Shown here one piece after another: positions 8,632-16,378 of a stretch of 30,427 bases of DNA. The notes under the pieces were generated by a model. It worked only from the letters and a program-made list of their open reading frames with translations, was not told where the DNA came from and did no database searches. The stretch is from an uncultured Methanomassiliicoccales archaeon (GTDB lineage: Archaea; Thermoplasmatota; Thermoplasmata; Methanomassiliicoccales; Methanomethylophilaceae). The stretch's first letter is position 1. The number at the start of each line of letters is the position of its first letter. The stretch lies in NCBI GenBank assembly GCA_964472805.1, contig CAYYMA010000001.1, forward strand, positions 1,295 to 31,721, read 5' to 3'. The position numbers and the translations under genes were made by a program.

Positions 8632-9146
8632 CACTGGGCGAATTCCTTACCTTCTTCCACATCAACATAACATGGGGAAGGCATCTTCATGGACGCTCTC
8701 CATAGAGCATCCTTCGCTGAGTTAAATGTAGCAGGTGTACAGCGTACCGTGTAAACGGCCTGTCCGCGCTCAAGTCTCGCAGCAGTACTGACATTCTTAC
8801 CGAAGGCATTACGCATTCCGCTTGAAACACGGTCTGCACCTGCGCCAGTTGCCAACTTGTTCTCTCTGAGAACAATATGTGGAAACACCCTAACAGTGAA
8901 ATGGTATGCAGTAATTCCTGACTTACCTAGTACCCTGTTAGCAGCAATACGTCCAGCTTCTAAGGCAGTATGCCTGATCTGTACTCTGTTCTCTACTCTA
9001 AGCGACATCTTTATGGGGAATTCTCCAGAACGATCACCCATTTCAAACTGGCTGAGTCTGCTATTAGGAATTCCTCCTAAGTATTCGCGGCGAGTATTCG
9101 CCTGTCCTTTGATCTCTCTGTACATCGATGCGGGCTTTCTTACCAT
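8631..9146 (-). CDS. rpl10e: 50S ribosomal protein L10e (uL16)
   Basis: MVRKPASMYR, REYLGGIP, QIRHTALEAGRIAANR, FPHIVLRENK..TGAGADRVSSGMRNAFGK; SD GGTGGTG before the ATG at 9146. Confidence 0.97.
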   Translation of the reverse strand: MVRKPASMYREIKGQANTRREYLGGIPNSRLSQFEMGDRSGEFPIKMSLRVENRVQIRHTALEAGRIAANRVLGKSGITAYHFTVRVFPHIVLRENKLATGAGADRVSSGMRNAFGKNVSTAARLERGQAVYTVRCTPATFNSAKDALWRASMKMPSPCYVDVEEGKEFAQ

Positions 9147-9377
9147 TTGCACCACCTAGTGATTGCGACGGGCACACATTCCTGATTTTGTATTTAAGAG
9201 CTACTCTCTTTTCTAAATAAAAGTCAGGTCTGAAATTGTGACCTCTTAGACTCATGAAGTATAGGTCCACTATATAATTTACGACGAAAAGGCCATTAAA
9301 AAGATATTTTTGAGCACGGAAAATGCATAATTTGGGAATGATGTTAAAAATATGGACGAACATCCACTTTTGCTTCC

Positions 9378-10358
9378 ATGAATACACTGATCTTCAATGT
9401 GGTCCCTGATGAAGAGAAAGATCTTTCCGCTGAACAGGCGGACAAGATCATGAACGATGTCCAAAATTTGCTTAGACACGTTGGAATGTACATAGTAACC
9501 GCGGAGATGGGGCTCCAAGGACGTGCTCCCGATGGATTCGAATCTAAGTTCGATCTTAGTTGTGATCCAATGGAACGCGAAGACGAAAATTCTGTTCTCA
9601 ACTCAGCTCTATTCAAGCTTGAGAATACATTAGATGTTGCCAGTAGTGAAATAATAAATCGCTGGCTTTCTGAAAAATATACTGATCCTCGCTACAAAGT
9701 TGCGATCGCTAATGATCTTATGTCCCTTTGTGACAATTTAAACGGATGTAACTTCAGCTATGGCCGTGGAAAGAATATAAAAAATTTATCAAATATCAGA
9801 TCAGAAAGATTCAAAGAAAGTGCCAGTGCAGATACCAAGAATATTACATGTGCTTTGGCTGGTGTGATTGGTAGAAAAATCGACATGAGGGGCAGGAACG
9901 CCTATTATCTCGATACCGGCTCATATCTTTGTAAAATCACTACAGGAAAAGACTTTAACGAAAAAACAGCAGAAAAATATTCGAAAGCTGGTGCTTGTCT
10001 TGTGTCTGGTGTTGCCGTTCTCGATGAGAACGACAACGTCGTTGAAATAAAAGATATCTGTAAAGTAAACGTTTTCCCAGGAATAGTCTTCAAAAGGATA
10101 ATAACGCCATCCAGGGATCTGGCACTTCTTAATCCCGCCTCAGCCGACATATCATTCGATAGGACATCCAGGAAATGGACACTTAGGAATGAACTTCTTG
10201 GAATATCTTTATCGAAACCAAACTGGAACGATACAGTTGCAGGGTTCCATGATTATTTCATGTTTCTTTGGGAAACATACGTGGACGAAACAAAAGAAGA
10301 ACTTGGTGAAGAAGAGATAGAGATACGCGATTATCTTTTATCCATGGTTCCGTTCTAA
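9378..10358 (+). CDS. Hypothetical protein, 326 aa, with a possible HicB-like C-terminal domain
   Basis: Long ORF with a TTAAAAATA element about 25 nt upstream; the C-terminal 70 aa show a beta-beta-beta-alpha pattern reminiscent of HicB; no definite family. Confidence 0.8.
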   Translation: MNTLIFNVVPDEEKDLSAEQADKIMNDVQNLLRHVGMYIVTAEMGLQGRAPDGFESKFDLSCDPMEREDENSVLNSALFKLENTLDVASSEIINRWLSEKYTDPRYKVAIANDLMSLCDNLNGCNFSYGRGKNIKNLSNIRSERFKESASADTKNITCALAGVIGRKIDMRGRNAYYLDTGSYLCKITTGKDFNEKTAEKYSKAGACLVSGVAVLDENDNVVEIKDICKVNVFPGIVFKRIITPSRDLALLNPASADISFDRTSRKWTLRNELLGISLSKPNWNDTVAGFHDYFMFLWETYVDETKEELGEEEIEIRDYLLSMVPF

Positions 10359-10374
10359 ATTTTTATCCCCAATA

Positions 10375-10380
10375 TTTATA
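10375..10380 (+). promoter_or_regulatory. Putative TATA box (TTTATA) for rnp4-yhbY-serS
   Basis: Consensus archaeal TATA 24 nt upstream of the ATG at 10405. Confidence 0.55.
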
Positions 10381-10404
10381 TCATCTGTGCATTGTGGCTA
10401 ATTG

Positions 10405-10773
10405 ATGTCGAAAAGACGCATCTCCTCCAGACAAGCAGCGAACCTAGGCCAACAGCGCATAGAGAAGCTTATGTCCATGGCCGCAGAGGCTGTCAGAGAG
10501 GGAAAGTCTGAAAGGGCCAGACGTTACGTTGATCTGGCCCAGCGCATTGGAATGAAGACCCGTACCAAGATCCCAAAAGAATTCAGGTACTGTCAAGGGT
10601 GCTTAATTCCTTTGATCGCGGGCATTAACTGCACAGTGAGGCTTAACAATGGAAAAGTCAGTATCACATGTGGAGAATGTGCCGTTGTAAAACGTCTACC
10701 ATACACGAGGGAACAGAAAAATGACCGAGAAAGAAGCCAGAAAAGAGCTGATGAGACGCGCCAACGATCTTAA
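10405..10773 (+). CDS. rnp4: Ribonuclease P protein component 4 (Rpp21)
   Basis: RIEKL, ARRYVDLAQRI, CxxC...CxxC Zn ribbon (CQGC, CGEC), KRLPY. Confidence 0.92.
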   Translation: MSKRRISSRQAANLGQQRIEKLMSMAAEAVREGKSERARRYVDLAQRIGMKTRTKIPKEFRYCQGCLIPLIAGINCTVRLNNGKVSITCGECAVVKRLPYTREQKNDRERSQKRADETRQRS

Positions 10774-11014
10774 TATGACAGTACACGTCGGTAAAGACGG
10801 TATTGACGAAGGTCTCCTTAACGAGATTGTTAATCAATTAAAAAAGAACCGGCTGATTAAGGTCAAGGTCCTTTCCAACGCAGAAGGTGAAACTTCAGAT
10901 ATAGCTGCTACGATCGTAGAAGCGACGGGATCGATCATGGTGGACGTACGAGGAGGAGTAATAGTTCTAACAGACAAAAGAACATGGAACTCCTTAAGTC
11001 AGAAAAAGTTCTGA
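10721..11014 (+). CDS. yhbY: YhbY/CRM-domain RNA-binding protein
   Basis: TVHVGKDGI, QLKKNRLIKVKVL, GGVIVL; the usual archaeal neighbour of rnp4. Confidence 0.92.
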   Translation: MTEKEARKELMRRANDLNMTVHVGKDGIDEGLLNEIVNQLKKNRLIKVKVLSNAEGETSDIAATIVEATGSIMVDVRGGVIVLTDKRTWNSLSQKKF

Positions 11015-11023
11015 GATGATAGG

Positions 11024-12289
11024 ATGCTGGATATCAATATAATTAGAACTGAACCTGAAATGATAAGGAAGATGCTTATCAACAGGAACAAGGACGCAGA
11101 TATCCTGGATCTATTTCTCGAAGCAGATTCCGAATGGAGGATGCTGACCAGTAAGAATAACGAACTTAGGAAGCTTAGAAATGAAGTTTCCGCACAGATA
11201 GCAAAAACCTCCAAAGGCTCCGAGAAAGAAGCAAAGATTGCCGACATGAAGGAAACAGGAGAAATAATAAAACAAAACGATGCTAGGATGACGGAACTCG
11301 AGACCATCCGCAACGACTGCGTACTTAATATTCCAAATATAACACATGAAAGTGTCCCCATAGGAAAAGATAGCACAGAAAATGTTGTAATCTATGAATG
11401 GGGAGAAAAAAGAACATTCGATTTTACTCCGAAAGAGCATTGGGAAATCGGCGAAGATCTGGATATTATCGACTTCGAAAGAGGCATCAAGGTCGCTGGT
11501 AGTGGATTCTATTGTCTCAAAGGTGATGGTGCAAGACTTGAACGTGCCCTGATAAATTATTTCCTTGACACACATATGAAACAAGGATACAAGGAGATAT
11601 TTCCACCTATTGTGGTGAACACTGCAGCAGTTACCGGAACAGGCCAGTATCCCAATCTGAAGGACGATATGTATCATATTGAAAAGGACGACCTCTACCT
11701 GAACCCTACTGCAGAAGTTCCGTTGACCAATCTTTTAAGGGACGAAATCCTTGCTAAAGAAGAACTTCCGATACTGTATACTGCATACTTGCCATCTTTC
11801 CGTAGAGAAGTGGGTAAACATGCGGACACCAAGGGAATAATCAGGGTACACGAGTTCAATAAAGTAGAAATGGTCAGATTCGTACTTCCGGAAACATCAT
11901 ATGACGTTCTTGAAGAACTAAGAGGCGACGCTGAAGAACTTATAAAGGCTCTTGAACTCCCATATCGCGTGTTACTGCTTTGCACCGGAGATATGAGCTT
12001 CTCCTGTAGTAAATGCTATGATCTTGAATTACACGCTCCATCTAAGGATGCTTGGTTGGAAGCCTCGTCCTGTTCTAACTTTACAGACTTCCAGGCCCGT
12101 AGGACCAAAATAAAGTACAGACCTGAACCACACCTGAAGAGCGAGTTCATACACACCCTGAACGGGTCTGGACTTGCACTTCCTAGGACCATGGTGGCCA
12201 TCTTGGAGAACTATCAGAACAAAGATGGCACCGTCACTATACCTGAGGTCCTTAGACCTTATATGGGCGGACAACAGATAATCGGTTAA
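11024..12289 (+). CDS. serS: Serine--tRNA ligase (canonical/bacterial type)
   Basis: MLDINIIR, N-terminal coiled coil, PTAEVP, FRRE, RVHEFNKVE, EASSCSNFTDFQARR, HTLNGSGLA, IPEVLRPYMGG. Confidence 0.97.
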   Translation: MLDINIIRTEPEMIRKMLINRNKDADILDLFLEADSEWRMLTSKNNELRKLRNEVSAQIAKTSKGSEKEAKIADMKETGEIIKQNDARMTELETIRNDCVLNIPNITHESVPIGKDSTENVVIYEWGEKRTFDFTPKEHWEIGEDLDIIDFERGIKVAGSGFYCLKGDGARLERALINYFLDTHMKQGYKEIFPPIVVNTAAVTGTGQYPNLKDDMYHIEKDDLYLNPTAEVPLTNLLRDEILAKEELPILYTAYLPSFRREVGKHADTKGIIRVHEFNKVEMVRFVLPETSYDVLEELRGDAEELIKALELPYRVLLLCTGDMSFSCSKCYDLELHAPSKDAWLEASSCSNFTDFQARRTKIKYRPEPHLKSEFIHTLNGSGLALPRTMVAILENYQNKDGTVTIPEVLRPYMGGQQIIG

Positions 12290-13431
12290 ATTTTCAGATT
12301 TTCGAGATCCTTGATTATTTCCTCTGTGTTCAGTGTACCACCTATTTTCAACAAGCTTTCACGAAGCTCTTGCTCACCGTCCGCTAGGGATTTAGGATTG
12401 ACTCCGTAACATGCTGAGACGTGAGCCTCAACGAAAGCACCTATGAGATCGCATGATTTGATATCCGTCCCAGCACGTTTACCGAACATCGGGTGATCCG
12501 AATTGTCGAACGGATTGTATAGCATGAATTTCATTTCATCACGCCATGTGTCTGGAAGCATCGGCATTATAACTGATTCTAGAAGTTCATGCTCATAACT
12601 TTCCAAAATATCTGTCAAGCCACTGACGTTCTTTTTAACAGGCGATATAACGTCCTTAGTGAGCACTTCTGGAAGATCATGGAAAAGTGCAGTAAAATAA
12701 TCATTATAGATCTGCTTTCCTGAAACTTTCATATCAAGGTCATGAAGGAATATAGAATTGGCGACCATTAGCGAATGACCCAGTACTGTTGTTTTCGGTA
12801 TCCTTGGGGTTCGGGCCCACCTCTGCTGGAATCTAAGTTGTCCAAAAAGATCGATAAAATCTTTGATACCTTTATCAAGCATCGCCTTTACAACTCCAGG
12901 TAAATCTGTGTGACTAGATACTTTGCTGTAAATCGTATCCTTAGTGTTCTCGACACCGAACATACCTATGTTCATCTGATAAATGATATCGAACTCCCAT
13001 TTGGTTGCCAGATAATGTGCCGCATCTATGATACGATCTTCTCTTGAGTCCCTTTTGGAACTTAAATATTCGAAAAGTCGTCCACGGAACTCTGAATCCG
13101 CATTAGGTACGTTCCTATCAAACTCCTTCATTACGAACTTATTAACCTGTTCAAACTTTTCAGTTATGATTTTATGATAGACCTGAGGTTTCAGATCGGT
13201 AAGAACTATACGGCTGATAAACTCGAACAACGTATGCTCAATCAATAACGTCCAATCTATTTTGTTTCCTGCTTCTTCATCGTATTTTCCAATGACCCAG
13301 ACGATCGCAGCTTTATGTGCTTGTTTATCTTGCTCAGTGAGGTCCAAAGGCCTTAGGTGATCGTTCCATCTATGCATATTAGCAGATTCGAACATAAAGT
13401 GTAGCATTTCAGCATTGAGGGCCTTACCCAT
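12286..13431 (-). CDS. Tandem HD-domain (YfbR-like) phosphohydrolase
   Basis: C-terminal half has RW..., TVLGHS, LFHDLPEVLTKD and CDLIGAFVE (YfbR-like); the N-terminal half is a degenerate copy (RWND, AHK, FEF...LTD). Confidence 0.85.
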   Translation of the reverse strand: MGKALNAEMLHFMFESANMHRWNDHLRPLDLTEQDKQAHKAAIVWVIGKYDEEAGNKIDWTLLIEHTLFEFISRIVLTDLKPQVYHKIITEKFEQVNKFVMKEFDRNVPNADSEFRGRLFEYLSSKRDSREDRIIDAAHYLATKWEFDIIYQMNIGMFGVENTKDTIYSKVSSHTDLPGVVKAMLDKGIKDFIDLFGQLRFQQRWARTPRIPKTTVLGHSLMVANSIFLHDLDMKVSGKQIYNDYFTALFHDLPEVLTKDVISPVKKNVSGLTDILESYEHELLESVIMPMLPDTWRDEMKFMLYNPFDNSDHPMFGKRAGTDIKSCDLIGAFVEAHVSACYGVNPKSLADGEQELRESLLKIGGTLNTEEIIKDLENLKI

Positions 13432-13689
13432 TCACTCATCCTCTTTATCAACAGATTTTGAAGTTAAAATATCTTTATTCTCTTTGTCTGGCTCTTTAAA
13501 CATTCCTAGCTTAAATGCGTTGTAGAATACGATGACGATGGATACCAAGATCATTAACGTCCCCAGTATAAAAACAGCCATAGATCCTTCAAAGCTTAAT
13601 ATCCCTATAACTCCGAACATTCCTACGACCGTTAATATTATCCCAATAATGTTTAGGCTCGCCCATAGCCAATTGTAATTTTTAGCCAT
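13432..13689 (-). CDS. Small membrane protein, 85 aa, two predicted TM helices and a charged tail
   Basis: Strong SD GGAGGTG before the ATG at 13689; two hydrophobic stretches; its TGA abuts the HD gene ATG (TGAATG). The ORF-track extension to 14121 is antisense to the aminotransferase and is rejected. Confidence 0.75.
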   Translation of the reverse strand: MAKNYNWLWASLNIIGIILTVVGMFGVIGILSFEGSMAVFILGTLMILVSIVIVFYNAFKLGMFKEPDKENKDILTSKSVDKEDE

Positions 13690-13768
13690 CGGCACCTCCA
13701 ACGTGTTGGCAATATAAAACGAGTATGAGTGACTAAAATAATATAGGGTAAGTGCACGATAAGGACTT

Positions 13769-14896
13769 ATGAAAGTATCTGACAGACTATCTTCGATCCC
13801 AATGTCCGGGATAAGGAAGATGTTCGACCTAGCGGGACCAGGTTCCATCAATCTCGGGTTAGGAGAGCCGGATCTGCAGCCGCCTGCGGCCGCTATAGAG
13901 GGTATGAACAAAGCTGCCCTAGAAGGAAAAAACAAATATGGCCCTACAGCAGGGATCCCTGAACTGAGGAACTCCGTAGCAGAAAGATACAGTATGTACG
14001 GCGAAATGACAGGAGAAAATATTATCATTACACCCAGTGGCTCTACGGCTTTGTTGGAGGTCATGGCATCTTTTATTGATCCAGGGGACGATGTGTTAAT
14101 CCCTAGTCCCGGTTTTGTCATCTACGGGCCACATTCAAAGCTCGTAGGAGGCACAAGCACCGAATACAAGCTAACACAAGACGATTTTCAACCAGACATT
14201 GAAGATATCAAAAATAAAATTAATAAAAACACTAAAATGATCGTTGTGAACAACCCGTCGAATCCTACTGGCGGAGTTCTTTCTAAAGAATCATACGACG
14301 CCCTCATTGATCTCGCGGACGATAACGACATCCACATTTTATCAGATGAAGTATACGACTCGTTCGTATACGAAGGCGAACATCGTTCATTTATGAACAG
14401 GCTTGACCGTGCGGTGGTCGTCAACGGGTTTTCGAAGATGATGTCAGTAACGGGTTGGAGACTAGGGTTTATATGTGCCAGTGAAGAACATATGCAGGAC
14501 CTTATAAAAATGCAGTATCACGTATGTGCCAGTCCAGCGATGCCTCCTCAGTACGGGGTTCTCGCAGCGATGCCCGGGATCAAAACGTATCTAGAAAATG
14601 CTAAAAGTATTTTCAAAGCGAGACGTGATCTCATAACCACGAGGATCAATAACATTGAAGGAATGAGCATGGCACCTCCAAAAGGAGCATTCTACGCGTT
14701 CCCATCGTTTGATATGAATATAACGTCCCAGGATCTTGCCAATACTCTTGTAACAAAGGGATTGATATGTACTCCTGGATCAGCGTTCGGCAAATACGGA
14801 GAAGGACATCTTAGATTCTCATACGCCGCGGACGAGAAAAAGATATCCGCTGGAATGGACATACTTGAACATACAGTCATGGAGATGAAAAAATGA
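13769..14896 (+). CDS. PLP-dependent aminotransferase class I/II (aspartate aminotransferase-like)
   Basis: NLGLGEPD, YGPTAGIPELR, NNPSNPTG, SDEVY, NGFSKMMSVTGWRLG (PLP Lys), PKGAFY, HLRFSYA. Confidence 0.95.
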   Translation: MKVSDRLSSIPMSGIRKMFDLAGPGSINLGLGEPDLQPPAAAIEGMNKAALEGKNKYGPTAGIPELRNSVAERYSMYGEMTGENIIITPSGSTALLEVMASFIDPGDDVLIPSPGFVIYGPHSKLVGGTSTEYKLTQDDFQPDIEDIKNKINKNTKMIVVNNPSNPTGGVLSKESYDALIDLADDNDIHILSDEVYDSFVYEGEHRSFMNRLDRAVVVNGFSKMMSVTGWRLGFICASEEHMQDLIKMQYHVCASPAMPPQYGVLAAMPGIKTYLENAKSIFKARRDLITTRINNIEGMSMAPPKGAFYAFPSFDMNITSQDLANTLVTKGLICTPGSAFGKYGEGHLRFSYAADEKKISAGMDILEHTVMEMKK

Positions 14897-15417
14897 AAGA
14901 GGATAAAAAAGACCCGAACGCAGGATTGTTCGGATTGGATGAAGGAGAAGAAGTATCTGAAGAAGAAAGAATCCATATGCAACTGTTCGGAAAGAATCCG
15001 CGCAGAGTCTCTGCCTTTCATGATCTGATGTTCAATGAGATGGTCGAGTCTATTGATTCGGAAGATATTCCTGAGGAAGCAAAACGTAAACTTATTTTTA
15101 AAATGGCGATAAACTCTGTATTAGACACAATAATGGAATGTACGCCAGACGATATCGCTGAAGAGATGACCTACTCACTGGACAGCTACATAGGTGTCGC
15201 GATAACAAATAGAAGATACGACGTGGATTTGTTCAAAGAGCAGGGTAAAGCCCTCCTCAGCGTAGATCCGAAAAAATTTTCTGACGACGAACAGTACGAG
15301 TTAGCACTCGAAGCTTTCGAAGATCAATGGTGGTCGATACCGCAGCCACTACTGGGTAAAAGAAGTCCTAACGATACAATCGCAGAAAGTATGAAAAAAT
15401 ATGGGCTGCTTGAATGA
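14893..15417 (+). CDS. Hypothetical acidic helical protein, 174 aa
   Basis: ATGA overlaps with both neighbours; C-terminal WWSIPQPLLGKRSP motif. Confidence 0.82.
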   Translation: MKEDKKDPNAGLFGLDEGEEVSEEERIHMQLFGKNPRRVSAFHDLMFNEMVESIDSEDIPEEAKRKLIFKMAINSVLDTIMECTPDDIAEEMTYSLDSYIGVAITNRRYDVDLFKEQGKALLSVDPKKFSDDEQYELALEAFEDQWWSIPQPLLGKRSPNDTIAESMKKYGLLE

Positions 15418-16346
15418 GACCTGCGACTGCATCGGCCCCGGGAAAATTCGTTGTCCTAGGCGAACACGCTGTAGTCTTTGGAAAGCCAGCAATAGCACTG
15501 GCAATAGATAAACGTTTTAAATGTACGGTCAGCGAGAGCGGCAGATTTCTTTTAAACGGGGAACCCGATAATATATCTAAGCACCCCCACATACAATATA
15601 TTCTTAAAAAGCACGGTATGAGAAATGTAAGCATCACTACCGAAAGTGATCTTCCCTCTGGTGCTGGCCTAGGTTCTTCGGCTGCACTATGTGCTGCACT
15701 ATCCTGTGCCGTAAGATCCATGATAGGCGAATCTATCAAAGAAAAGGACGTAGTGAAAGAAGCCTATGATGCAGAGTTCTATGCCCAAGGCATTGGAAGT
15801 CCAATGGATACTTCCGCGTCTGTTCACGGTGGTGGAGTCGGACTTAATATTCCTGATTCTGGAGATATCATTTGGACGATTGAGAATAACAACCAAAAAT
15901 GGGACGTGTTCAACGTAAACTCTCCAGAGATGACTTTCGTCATAGGATACACTGGAAAAAGGGCACTCACTGGCCCTTTGGTGGAAAAGGTTAGAAGATA
16001 CAGGGAAAGCAACAGCTTTGCAAAAGACATAGTAGATGAGATAGGTCGCGTAACACTTGAAGGAGTCAAAGCGTTACATCAGAACGACTGTGTTCGTTTA
16101 GGAGAACTTATGACAGAAGATCACAAACTTCTTTCCATCCTTGGCGTGTCCAGTCCTGAACTGAACAGACTTGTAGATGCTTCGAAAATCTATTCTTATG
16201 GTGCGAAGCTGACCGGTGCTGGCGGTGGCGGAAGTATGATAGCTCTTACTGATAGACCAGATAAGGTCAGTGAAACGATACGTCTACGTGGCGGAAATCC
16301 AATAATAGTGAAAACTAACGTTCCTGGCGTCAAACTAGAAGAATAA
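15414..16346 (+). CDS. mvk: Mevalonate kinase (GHMP family)
   Basis: APGKFVVLGEHAVVFGKPAIA, PSGAGLGSSAA, SPMDT, GAKLTGAGGGG. Confidence 0.93.
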   Translation: MRPATASAPGKFVVLGEHAVVFGKPAIALAIDKRFKCTVSESGRFLLNGEPDNISKHPHIQYILKKHGMRNVSITTESDLPSGAGLGSSAALCAALSCAVRSMIGESIKEKDVVKEAYDAEFYAQGIGSPMDTSASVHGGGVGLNIPDSGDIIWTIENNNQKWDVFNVNSPEMTFVIGYTGKRALTGPLVEKVRRYRESNSFAKDIVDEIGRVTLEGVKALHQNDCVRLGELMTEDHKLLSILGVSSPELNRLVDASKIYSYGAKLTGAGGGGSMIALTDRPDKVSETIRLRGGNPIIVKTNVPGVKLEE

Positions 16347-16354
16347 AGATTATA

Positions 16355-16370
16355 CCGGCCCGAAGGCCGG
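16355..16370 (-). terminator. GC-only 6-bp hairpin with a C(UUCG)G loop on the minus strand, between convergent mvk and GGR
   Basis: Plus strand CCGGCC-CGAA-GGCCGG, i.e. minus strand CCGGCC-TTCG-GGCCGG, 8 nt past the GGR stop; only a weak U-tract follows. Confidence 0.55.
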
Positions 16371-16378
16371 AAAGAGTT

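Noticed and set aside
9338-9390. Possible C/D box sRNA (ATGATGT ... CTGA)
   Set aside because: It has no convincing D'/C' boxes or guide spacing, and it overlaps the promoter and start of the 326-aa CDS.
13690-14121. N-terminal 144-aa extension of the 229-aa minus-strand ORF
   Set aside because: It is antisense to the well-supported aminotransferase, and a strong SD marks the true start at 13689.
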